DNA of 64,000 nt from Azolla caroliniana (lineage: Eukaryota; Plantae; Polypodiophyta), in contig JBHGNT010000005.1 of NCBI GenBank assembly GCA_043228905.1, positions 19,034,001 through 19,098,000 on the forward strand, written 5' to 3'. Position 1 is the first letter of the stretch. Every line of letters starts with the position of its first letter. Below are positions 24,801 through 37,140 of this stretch, piece by piece. The notes under the pieces are model-generated. The model had not been told where the DNA came from. It searched no databases and saw only the letters and a program-made list of their open reading frames with translations. A program made the translations under genes and the position numbers.

Positions 24801-25654
24801 ATTCTCACTCTTAATCTCACATTCACCCACCGATTGTATACTGTTCGCACTCCTTGTATTGACCTCACGGTCTAGAACTCACAATCTGTTTCGGTTTCGG
24901 TTGGTAAGACTCGGTTCGGAGTTGGCTACGAACCTTAGTGGGGTGCAGCTGGTCGGCTCACCCGATATCATTCTAGTCAGTTTTGAACCCGGGTCGGTTT
25001 GGTTTCGGATACTTGTTTGCTGAACTTGCTCGGAGTGACTCCGGTAACTTGAGGGACAAAACCGGTTGGTCTTCCCGAATGTTTCCGAGTCGGAGTGAGC
25101 CTGGTTAGCTTCCGATTGTATACCGAATACCGATTACAAGAAACTGATTGTTTGGGCCGATTCTGCTTCGGATGACTGCAACGATGAGAGGGACAGATCA
25201 AATTGATCCTCCCGAATGTCGATCAGCTGAATGAAGCACGAATTTGGTTGTTGCCAGGAGACCAATCTGCAGCGGGTGGTTACAACAAGCAAGTGAATAA
25301 CGTCTGGTGACCTATTTGGATGTCGTTTAACCAAATGAAGCACGATTGGGTTGGGTGTTGCACAGGGAGCTCGCCTCAAGTGGTTACAATCACAGGAACA
25401 GAGTACATCAGGCTAGCTTACTTCAATTAGTGATTTAACACAGTGAGATGCAAACTTCTTGTTTGTCTTCTCTCTTCTCTGTTCTTCAAGAAGTTACAAA
25501 AAACAGAATGTTGTTGTGTATGATGACAGTCGGCAGCGGGTTGAAGAACCTCCAACGCTCTGATACCAAATGTTGGGGACAATGCCGTCAATGTAGAAGT
25601 GCAAGCAACATTCATGATGAAGAAGAACCTGTGTATGCACATGTGCAAGATAGT

Positions 25655-25710
<56 letters not shown>

Positions 25711-28700
25711 CACAAAGACAACGTTATATTCCAATAGCAACAGTTACAAAAAATGACAACCAACAACAACCTTAACTAAAGGTTACAAGGTCACTTTATA
25801 TAGTGACTATCTTAGGGCAATTGCCCTAAATGCTATTTACAGAAATAGCCCAAACTTGGGCTGTCCAAAGGGATAGTGTGAATACGGCCATTATACACTC
25901 GTATTCGATAGTAGGGTGGTCATCTTGACTACTAGTGAGAATATCTCGTCGTAGTCGACCCCGTATTCCTGTTTGAATCCTTTCGCGACAAGTCGAGCTT
26001 TGTACTTGGGTTTCTCTGAGTCGGATACATACTTGTATCAAAACACCCATTTGCAAGGTAGTAGATTTCTTCCTGCTGGTAGTTTGACCAGCTCCCATGT
26101 CTGATTCTGATGAATCGAGTCCATTTCGGATTTCATGGCTTGCAGTCATGTTTCGGCGTCCGGTGCGGCCATAGCTTCGTCATACGTGCTTGGTTTGCCT
26201 GCATCCGTGTAGTTGACGTAGTCGAGGCCCAGTTGATAAAACTCTGTTTGCCTTCGAGCTCGTCCAGATCTCCTGGGTGCCGTAATATCTGGTTTAGATT
26301 CTTCGATCGGTTCTTTTTGACGATCAATATTTGTTGAACCAGTTGAGTTAGGAGTCTTGTTCGGTATTTCGCCCTTGGTTTGGGATTTCAGTGGTGTTTG
26401 GTTGTTCTCCCCTATGGTTGTTGTCGACTCTTTTCTGATTTGTCCCTTGTTGACTCTGCCTTGATCGACCTTCGTTGATTCGGCTCTGTCTTTGATGACT
26501 TTGTCTTTGAGTTCAACGTTGGGACTTATTGCCAATTCGGTGTCGGCTGGGACGTTGTCGGCTGGTTGGAGTTCAACTGTCTGTTGACTCTCAGATTCAG
26601 TCTAGTGGGTTGATCTTTCCACGACAGTGTTGTCATCTTCCAAGGATACCTTCTTACCCACTGTCTTTTGCTGGTTCCTCTGAGAGAAGATAGAGTCTTC
26701 ATTGAAGACCATGTCATTGCTTCAGATCAATTTCCGGTTCTTAGGGTCCCATAGCTGGTAGCCGAAGTCCCCATCGGTTCCATAACCGAGAAATATGTTC
26801 TTCATTGCATGGGGTGCCAACTTTGTCCTTTTGTCCCTGGGGATGAACACGTAGGCTTCGCATCCGAATATACGGAGACTATCATAGGTCGGCTGTTTGC
26901 CAGACCATAGTGCTTGTGGCACTTCAAGCCTGATTGCTCTTGACGTCGCTAGACTTATCAGGTACACTGCCGTCTACAATACCTCGGCCCAGAATTCCAA
27001 CTTCAGTCCGGCTTGCTAGAGCATTGTCGTCACCCTCTCTTGGATCGTTCGGTTGATCCGTTCAGCCACCCCATTTTGCATGGGTGTGTAAGGAACGGTC
27101 TTTTGATGCCGGATCTCTTTTTCGGACAAGTATTGCTTGAAGGCTCTGGAGGTGTACTCACCTCCATTGTCGGATCTGAGTGTCTTCACTCTGTGTCCCG
27201 ACCGATGCTCCACTTCAGTTATCCATCGAGTGAAGACCTCGAGCGCTTCGTCTTTGGACTTGATGGAGTAAGCCCAATTTTTCTGTGTACAATCATCTAC
27301 GAAAGTGATGAAGTACCGAGAGCCTCCTAGTGATCACTCTGGCATAGGCCCACATATATCTGTGTGCATGAGCTCCAGGGGCTATTGTACTATCACGTAA
27401 TGGAGAGAGTGTGAACTTCGGGTCTGTTTCCCATATCGACAATGCTCACAGAAGTCCGTCTTTGCCTGGAGTTTCGGGAGGTAGCCAACCAATATCAGCC
27501 GATCAAGTCCGACTTGAGACATATGGCCGAGTCAGCCATGCCATAAGTTTGGGTCGGTCTTTTCGGCTACGTTCACGGCCCCTTTAGGGTTGATCGCCAT
27601 CAATGGGCACAGATTGTTGTACTTGTACCCACTCCCGATTTTGAGGTTTCCTCGGTTGATCGCCCATGTCAACTCGTGTAGAGTTGTTCGATACCCGTCT
27701 TCGGCTAGCATGCCGATGGAGACCAGACTCCTCTTTAGATTGGGTACGTGCCGAACTCGGTGCAGGGTTATTGTGTTGCCATTTGGCAATCTGATGGGAA
27801 CCTCCCCGGTTCCGCTATTTGGCACTCCTACCCGTTTCCCAATCGGATTGTGCCGCTGGCATCGGCTGAATAGTCCGAAAACCATTCGATGTTGCGGGTC
27901 ACGTGAAATGTGGCACCAGAGTCTAGTAGCCACATGTGTGCAACTTGTGCACTGTAGAGGACTTCTCCGATCATCGAATTCTCTAGGGAGAGGATTTCTC
28001 CGGATCGGGTATCTAGTTGCCGACTAGAGAGTGGTCTGAGTCGGAACGTCCCCGATTCCGCTCGGATCACCGACCACTCTCTTTTCTTTTTATTGACCAG
28101 TAGTCGGAAACATTGTGGCCAGCTTTCCTGCAGTGTGTGCAGTACTCACTTGTATGACCCGTTCTCGACTTCGACCGTTGTCAGTTCCCTCTTGTTTTCG
28201 ATCGGCTATATCATTGACCGGTTTTGTCGGCTTGTTCTTTCGATTGAACGATTCGGTCGAGTGGTGGGCTTCTACCGACTCGTCGATGGATAGTCCCATC
28301 GATTTTTGCCTAATGTCCTTTGTGAGGACTTGGCCGGTTGTTTCATGCAAATTCAGGATTGGTCGCCTATTGGCATATGTCGTACAGAATACCTCCCAAC
28401 TCGCCGGCAAGCTCGATAGGAGGGCAAGGGCTTTCACTTGTTAATCGAAGTTGATCCCTTGGGACGAGAGCTCTGACAACACCCTGTTGAAGGTGTTGAT
28501 GTGGGAGGTTGCCGGATCAATCTCTTTCATCTTCATGTTGAACAATTGTTTGATCAAGATAAGTTTTGAAGATGAGGACTTCTTCTCATATACGACCTGT
28601 AATTTCTCCCACAATGAGAACGTTGTCGTCTCTTTTGCCATGCTGAAATAGACGTTTTCAGCCAGATGCATTCGGATGGTGGAGCGTGCTATTTTGTCCA

Positions 28701-29923
28701 TTGATCTCCACTCTTCTGTTGTCATCGAAGCAGGCTTTTCGTTATGCCGAATGGTTTCGACTTGTCTTCGGATAATCAACACATCCTGCATCATCTCTTT
28801 CCATAGGGCAAAGTTTTTGCCGTCGAACTTTCTGATTTCAACTCTGGTTCCGGATGTTGAAGCCATATTCTATCTGTAGATTTGAGATTTCTAACCTGGT
28901 CTTTTCTTTCAGCTTTTCCTCTGTTGTCTGTTGCCGGCGCACTATGAAATCGCTCTGATACCACTTGTGGTGAGTGTTCAATGTTTATGCAGAAGTGTTT
29001 GTTTGGATCATTCGGCTATGAATAGCAAACAACATAAATAGAAAGTAGAGAGGGCATCTGATTGAGACATACATAGATACGAGCTTTAATGGAAATCTTC
29101 TTATTTTCTACACAGAGCATTTTCTCTCTCAGAGTTTACACTCGTCATCATCTATTACAATGTTAGGTATTCGCTTATGTACTAAGCCCTAACTTGTTAA
29201 TGTGTTCACACTAGGACGGATACAAGGTGGAAGGAGTCGGCCTTTTATGCCAACAGTTCCTGGAGCCTAGACAACTATGAGTGATAACGACAAGCGAGTG
29301 ACTAGCATCAGGGGACCTACTCGATTGTTGTCTAATTCAATGTAGTATGGTTGAGACAAAGCTTGTGAAGCAAAATCTCACTCCGAGCGGCTAGAATCAT
29401 AAGAGTGAAGTGCAACCGATTGGCTCACTTCAATGGTGATTTAGAACAGTGGAGTGCAGATTTGGCTAGTGTTTCTCTTCGCGAAAATGATCTTGTAGAG
29501 GGTTGTTGGCCGAGATCTTCATGGTGTACAAAAGAAGAGTTGCTGATGGAAACAAAGTAGATGGCGTAAGTAGAATCGAGAACCTCGCTTTGATACCAGA
29601 TGTTGTAAACGCGGCCATCTAGGTGCGGAACAATCTCAACACTCTTCTGTGAGGAGATCATTGATAGATGCAATGAAGAATATTGATGGCAACTGAAATA
29701 GAATCAGGAAGGAAGATCAACAAGAATTCAAGCGAGAGAGAGAGAGATGTTAGGCACGAGATGAATCATGTTTTCAACCACTCCAAAACTAGGTTCCAAT
29801 GTCAGTTTATATACTGATTGACTTAGGGCAACTAACCTTCTCGATATTTACATAAATAGCCTGAGCCTAGTGTGTACAAAAGGAGACAATGTGAATAAGT
29901 CCATTTGAGACCCACATTCAACA

Positions 29924-31169
29924 AAGAGCACTTCGGAACAAGTGGGTGTACAAGCTAAAACCGGGAGACTCTAGGAATCCACCAAGGTATAACGCTTGCA
30001 TTGTGGTGAAGGGCTTCCAACTGAAGAAATGAGTGGATTTCGATGAGATCTTTGCCCCAGTAATCAAGATGACATCCATCCGGACTGTGTTAAGCATAAC
30101 AGCAAGCATGGACCTCGAGGTAGCGCAACTATACGTCAAGACGACGTTCCTACATGGCGACCTCGAAGAAGAGATCTACATGCAACAACCGGAAGGGTTT
30201 GTCAAGAAAGGGAAGGAGCACCTAGTGTGCCGGTTGAAGAAAAGCTTATACGGACTGAAGCAAGATCCCCAACAATGGTACTGGAAGTTCGACTCCTTCA
30301 TGACCGACCAAGGATACCACAAGACGTAGGCCAACCACTGTGTATTCTTGAAGAAGTTCGACGGAGGAGACTTCTTGATACTACTATTGTATGTGGATGA
30401 CATGTTGATTGTCGAATGAGACCATATCAAAATCGGAATGTTGAAGAAGGCTTTGAGCCGGTCATTCGCAATGAAAGATATGGGTCCGGCGAGACAGATT
30501 TTGGGGATGCACACAGTTCGGGACTGGACGAAGAAGCTACTATGGTTGTCATAGGAGAAGTACGTGACGAAGGTGCTTCAAGGGTTGAACATGACGGATG
30601 CGAAATCGGTCGGGTCGACACTTCCGGCAAACTGCAAGTTGTCCGGAAAGCAAAGTTCGAAGTCAAAACGGAGAAGTCAGAGATGATGAAGATACCATAT
30701 GCCTCCGCCGTCGGGAGCTTGATATGCACAATGGTGTGTACCCGGCCGAACATCAGATATGTCGTTAGAGTGGTGAATCAGTTTATGAGCAATTTGGGAA
30801 AGGAGCACGGGTCTGCGGTCAAGTGGATACTCCGGTACTTGAAAGGCACTTCGAGTATGTGCCTCCTATTCGACTTAGGAAAACCCCAAATTGAAGGATT
30901 CACAGATTCAGATATATCGGTTGATGTAGATACTAGTCGGTCAACTTCCGAATATGTTATGAAATATGCAGGGGGAGAGACGTATCGTGGCAATCAAGGC
31001 TGTAGAAGTCCGTTGCACTATCAATAACAAAAGCGGAGTACATGGCGGCTATAGAAGTTGGTAAAGAGGTAATCTGGATGAAGGACATCATCGGAGAGCT
31101 AGGGATTCGACAGGAGGAATTCCAACTCCACTGCAATAGTCAAAGTGCCATCCACCTCGCAAAGAACGT
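29924..31169 (+). pseudogene. Copia E RT/RNase H fragment
   Basis: KWVYKLK, DFDEIFAPV, FLHGDLEEEIYM, YVDDMLI, YASAVGSL, SAIHLAKN. Confidence 0.9.
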
Positions 31170-34100
31170 TGTCGGAGTAGTTGTGGTTCGTGCGGCGAAG
31201 TCGCAGGGACTAAGGTTAAAGGGATTCGGTTATATATTTTATAAGGCTTTGTGCATTGATGTTAGGAAGATTAAGGATAAGAAGAATAAGAGTTAAAAGT
31301 ATTGTGTGACAAAGAGACGAGCGTAGATTAGAGACAAAGATAATGTATGACTTAAGAAGTAATAGTATATGATATTAACATGATTTATATTAAGAAGATA
31401 AAATTTTACCACAAAGATTAAGGATAATAGGAATAAAAGTTGAAAGTAATGTACGAGAGAGAGAGACGAGCAAGGATGAGAGATAGAGACAATGTATGAT
31501 TGAAGAGGTAAGCAAATAAGATAAGAATATGTATTATATTGAAACCCAAAATTTTACAAAAGTTACAATGTCGATCACAAGATGCGACTTTTCTTTTGTT
31601 GAATTGTAAAGTTGAACTCTTGACTCCTACTTTGAAACAAGAGCCTTTTCTCCAAATGAGCTTATTGATTTGTTTGATTATTATTCTCTAAATTTCCTTT
31701 GATTTTCCTCTTGTTTTCCTTGCCCCTCTTTATATAAGTGTTGCTATGCATATGGTAATGTATGGGAGCATGGCATGCATGCAATGCATGAGTTACATGT
31801 AATGCATGATCGCATTTGGCGCACATGCATTGCACGTGATGCATGATAGCCATCATGCTCACTTGAGCTCCCATGTATGAAAATAGATATGGGATAAGTA
31901 TAATGATGAAATTGCATTCTAAAACAACTAAACTAGCTTAGTGGTGTATACTTTGGGTTTGCTATACAAGGTTGAGAGTTCAAGTCTCTCAATTTTACTC
32001 AATCCAATATATAGCTTCATTCTTATATCATGAAGCACATTTTTTAGAAACTTTGATAAATAAATAGCCTAGCTTAGTGGTATATACATTGTACTTCGTA
32101 AATATAGATGTGGGTTCAAGTCTCTTAAATACTATTAAATACAATATTTAAGCTCATTTTCATATCGTGAAGCACATTCTTCACGACACCCACCCCCTCT
32201 GAACTTGCACATTAGTTGTGCAGAGTTCATCCAACACTTCTTCCGATTCTTTTAGTTCTTCTACTTCTTCATAAAATTCGGGCTCTAATGACTCCCTGCT
32301 TTTAAATATTTTAATCCTTTTTCCTGCAATTGGGATACGAATTTCTGTCCCATCTAATTCATTGAGGAAATATGTGGCCTTATCTGTTATTTTCCTAACT
32401 TCATAAGGTCCAAACCATCTTTTTGTGAACTTCCGAATAGTATTGTATTGATTATCTAGGTTGTTATCATATACTAATACCCAATCTCCCTCTTGCACCC
32501 TTCTTGGTCGTATTCTTTTCATCTTGAAATTTGTCCTTATTCTTGATTCTTGCCTCTTTCAATCTAGTAGCTGCTTTTTCTATGTCTTCTATCCTTGATT
32601 GAAGTTGTCGTATCTGAATCGCAAGTAAATCTTCCCTACTCATTTCTGATTCCCAAGGCAACACAGACCATGTAGTTATCTTTTCTTCAAATGGCATTAT
32701 CGGCTTCTGTCCTGTGATTAATTCTGCAGGCATATATATCTAGTAACAGTGTTGTGAGTTGTCCTATCAACCCAGAGCGCATAGGGAAAAAAATTTGGCC
32801 AATCACTAACCCGTCCTTTACATGCCTTTGCCAAAGCTTTAACTATTGGCCCATGTCCCCTTTCTATCTTCCCATTAGCTTCCGGATTGTATGCCGTTGT
32901 CAAAGAAAGCTGAATTCCTACTTTGTTAAAAAAATCTTGAGCTTCCACACAATTGAGCTCTCCCCTATCTGCCACTATCTTCCCAATACATCCATATCTA
33001 CAAACAATGTCCTCCAAGATGAATTGACATACTCCTAATGTCCCTTTCGTTCGCAATGCACATCCTTCCACTTGATTTGTTAGATCTTCTCTTGCAAGAA
33101 CTTAGTATCTCTTTTGTTCTACTCCAAGTGGCATTGTTACCAAATCTATCATCCACTTGTAATGTACCCCCGGTGAGTATGTTGGGTGTAACTCATCACA
33201 AAATTTTATATTTGAATAATATTGGCAAGTGGGACAAGTTTCCACATACTTCTTTATTTCCTCATAGTATCGAGGCCACCAAAACCGTTCTTTAATCTTA
33301 CTGAAAGTGGCCCACACTCCTCGGTGACCAACCCATTCTTTGTCATGCAACTCTCTCATTACCTCCTTTCTTTGCACTTCAGAACCTATTACTTTTTGCG
33401 GGTTTCCAGTCTTGGTTTTTGGATGTCGCCATAAATATCCTTCATACAGGAAGAACTTATGGGCTTTCTTGCGAAACTGTGCGAACTCTTTTCCAGATCG
33501 ACCTTTGTACTTGTCAGGGGTTTGTAGGTATTTCCCTATTTCCTTGAAATCTTCTTCGTACTCCTCTTCTAGAAATTGCATTCCTCCTTCTCTGGTAATG
33601 CTTGTGGCAAGGACTGTTTGTTCTTTATCCTCGTTGTCCGAGTCTGAAATCTCCTCTTCCTTATACCTTGCTCTTGATAACATATCTGCTATTGCATTTC
33701 TATTCCCAGAGATATGTCTAACTTCAGGGTTGACTGATCTAATATAGATACACCATCTTAACATGGCTTGATCTGGAATATCACAATTAGCTATGATACC
33801 AAGAATAGACAAACAATCTGTTTCTATTATTACTTCAACACCAATTAAGTAATCTTTGTCTGTCTTTACTGTTGTTACTACCCCCATAGCTCTCTTTTCA
33901 CCTGTGCATATTTTCTTTGTCAACCACTAAGAACCTTTGCTCCGAATCGGACTGGATACCTTTGTTCCCCATCTTGTTTGCTCATCACCCATCCAATTCC
34001 AATGGGACTAGAGTCTATTGTGAGATATATGGGCCGGGTGTAGTCATGTTGCTCTAATGGTGGAGCTTGTGCCAAGTAGTACTTCAACTTCTTCATTGCC

Positions 34101-36196
34101 TCTGAATGCTCTTCACTCCATTCAAATGCCTCTCCTTTTCTTAGGAGTCTATATAAAGGTTCAGATAAATGGGCATAATGTGGAATCCATTTACAGTAAA
34201 AAACACATACCCCCAAAAACCTTCGTACTTCTGAGATGGATGTACATTCCTCTTGCATATTTTGAATTGCATTAACCTTGGTTGGAGATGGCTTTCTCCC
34301 GTACGGGCCACACATATGACCAACTATTAATATCTCTTTTGCCTCAAATATTGACTTCGCCCCTGATAAGGTCAAATGCACTTCTTCCATCCTTGATAGT
34401 ACCTTCTCACAATCCTCGATATGGTAAGCAACGAATTGACAGCAACCACTTCCGTCCAATTCCTCGTTCTTCTCTTCCTCCTTGCATCCCTTAATTGGAA
34501 CATCATCCAAAAAAGGCATTGTAATATGAGTTGGTCACTCCTTGCAGCAAGGTACACATCTATACTAACCCTATAGGTGTCTTGATAGAAGTTATATCTT
34601 GACTTTTGATAGCAAGTTGAAATTGATCATACCCGGAATAAAGGTCTCCCATTGAATATATAACTCTTCCTGCAAACATCTCAACAAACTCATACACAAT
34701 TGGCCCTACTCCTGAGTTTCGGATTGTTACCTTATTCATGGGTTGCATATCTTGGATAAATCGGAGTCGCCCATCTTTCTTTAACACAGTGAACCATCGA
34801 CTCGAGTAAGGAGCGTTCGATGATTCCAAGATACCCATCCTTATCTTTTCTTTCAAAAGTTCTAATAGTTGAGGGATTCTAGCCCTAGGCATGGGTATTG
34901 GCTTAAAGTTCCATGGAATATGAGGGATAGTGAATATAATCATGGGCTCCACAATTTCTGGATCCACACACCCTATTTCCTCAGGTTGGAACGCGAACGC
35001 CTTTCCATGCCTTTTTAACATCTCCCTAAATTTCTTTTCTTCAACAGGTAATAGGAAGTCACCCCCTCCTATTTTCATCCCTTGTATTGTTTCCAGAGTA
35101 AACACATGTCCCACCTTTCATGGGTCTCTGATCATTGGCTCTATGGCTGCTTCTTTGATTGCCTTTTCACTATCCCTTGGAAGTGGAGCAGCAATAGGAC
35201 AAATCTTCTTCTCCACTGTCTTGTACTTTGTTAGCACATGTGTTTCATGATCCTTTCGAGCAACTTCTTCAATGACCTCGTACATCTTGATTGAATGGAT
35301 AGGAACTTGGATTTCGTTATCATCTTCCATTGCTTCCAAATGAGTTATTGTATCTTCAAAACTTAATTCTTCAAACATGTCCTGAATTTTTTCATCATCA
35401 TCTATTAATCCAGAACACTTAAAGTACTTGAAAGCATTTTGTATTTTATTATTATTTACTTTTAGTATAAAAGTAGCACCACTAGATGAGATTGTACAAG
35501 GAATATCTCTATTTACAATATTATTCATGGGGTTTTCTTTTATGTTCGGGCTATCACAACCCCTACCTTTAAAAGCCCTATCTAAAAATCCTGGGAAAAC
35601 TCTTCATCCATCTCTCGAATTGGATGTTCCCTCAAGAATTCTTTGTTTCTTTCATGGTTGGGCCTCACGGTTAAGAATTGGACAATCTTTCTTCCATCTT
35701 GACTTTTGATTCTCACAAAAGTCGAACCATCATCAATCACCTTTGTCTCCATCCTTACTGCGGTGATGTAAGGCTGACCAAGGATGACGGGGTAGGTTGT
35801 TTGATCCTACACAAAGAAATTTTGATTCACCGACACATCACCAATTGTTACCTTCACACTGGGACATGCTTCGAATAAATCTTCTGTGGTCTCTATGGTA
35901 GCTCTTATCTTCCACCCATGATTCTTGTCGATCGACCACCGTCCTCGAGCGTAAAATTCTGATGACATCATGTTAATCTCTTATCCATGATCGATCAAAG
36001 CAATACATGGAATTAGTTGCTCCCCAATTTTTGCAGGTGCTTCCGTTGTTGCTCGAGCCCAATGGTCCCTTGTATAGTGACTCCTATCCCCTTTATGAAC
36101 GTCAACTTCATTCTTGTTTTTTACACTTGCAACGTTGATGGTGTCACCATACAAATCTTGGAATGTTGCTGCACACCCTCCCGTCATGTCCTCCGT

Positions 36197-37140
36197 TGTC
36201 GCGAAGATTGTGGTTGTGTGTCGCAATTGTCGAGGTTCTGTGACTCGGGGATGATCGGGGTGAAAACGTGTAATCGCAAACGGTGTGATGACAAGAAGCC
36301 GAGAAGGCAAGATAAATGCAATGTTGTCGCGAAAAGAATTTTACTTGTAAAACAATCACTTACAATATTTATTTGCCAAAAGTTACTTGGCAAGACTTGA
36401 AACTCACAAACTCTATTTGAGAAGAAGCGTTTGAGATAGACCACTTCAATCTCTTTGGTTTCTTTTTATTTGTCTTTCTCTTTCACTTTATATATACTAA
36501 ATTTATATTACAAAATTTGATTACCAAAAGAAGTTATTTGAAGAGGATTCAAACTCACAACCTTTTGTTTACAAAGAGGCGTTTGAGATACACCACTTTA
36601 ACTTCTTCCTTTTCTTGTATTCACTTTCTTTTCTTTAACTCTTGTCTTGATTTATGCAGGCCACCATCTTCTTTGGCGAGCTCTGCATCCCATACCCACG
36701 TGAGCTTCTTCACTCGCTTTTCCTTCTCTTCCTTCTCCTTCTCCTCCCCTTTAGCCACCATAGGCGTGACTTATATAGGGTGGTCAACCGCCCTACCGCC
36801 CTACCGCCCTCTTGAGGCGGTTGACAAACCGCCTCATGCAAGGCGGTTGTATTTTTATTTTTATTTTCTTTATTTATTGATGCTACAATTCAATTTTATA
36901 GTTCTATATTTAAGAAATTATAGAAATAGCCCTTATTTAATTTTGACTCCCCCTTTTGACATAATTACATTTTTGTCCCAAGTAACATTAATCTTTCCGA
37001 AGCTTGTATCTTGGGCTTCTGAACTCCGATTCACGAACTGAAAAATCCTTCATGCTCCTTGTCATAAGCTCCAGATGGGAAATGTACTTCTATAGATTTT
37101 TGACATTGTTTTCACATCGTGAAGTGTCAACTTCACGAGA
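36197..37140 (-). mobile_element. Solo LTR of a related gypsy family inside the gypsy gag-PR region
   Basis: Ends tgtcgcgaag and cttcacgaga resemble the host LTR ends; 4-bp TSD CCGT; removing it rejoins RRKR*VT|EDMTGG. Confidence 0.8.

Larger units (their letters stand above)
23376..24883 (+). mobile_element. Non-coding hammerhead-ribozyme-bearing insertion (Penelope/retrozyme-like, unclassified)
   Basis: Absent from the homologous position of copia A (gatgcc|at at 10590); contains a tandem array, (CA)n, TATA, hammerhead and (CT)n; no TSD and no long ORF. Confidence 0.8.
18153..25910 (-). mobile_element. Copia element D inserted in the RT of B (relative of A)
   Basis: LTRs 18153-18483 and 25571-25910; TSD GTAGG; PBS tgatacca 25561-25568; PPT 18484-18490; gag-PR-INT-RT-RH ~18680-23375. 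Confidence 0.92.
10931..29255 (-). mobile_element. Copia element B inserted in the 5' UTR of A
   Basis: LTRs 10931-11217 and 28966-29255; TSD GTTCC on both sides; PBS 28956-28963; PPT next to 11218; coding region 11380-12688 plus 25916-28866. Confidence 0.92.
6659..29923 (-). mobile_element. Copia element A (outermost; contains B, C, D)
   Basis: 3'LTR 6659-6979 with adjacent PPT; 5'LTR 29601-29923 with iMet-type PBS (tgatacca at ~29591); gag-PR-(INT core deleted)-RT-RH at ~7190-10592; flanks do not form a TSD. Confidence 0.85.

Noticed and set aside
23376-24883. Helitron interpretation of the ribozyme insertion
   Set aside because: No 5' TC, CTAG is not terminal, and the insertion is not between A and T
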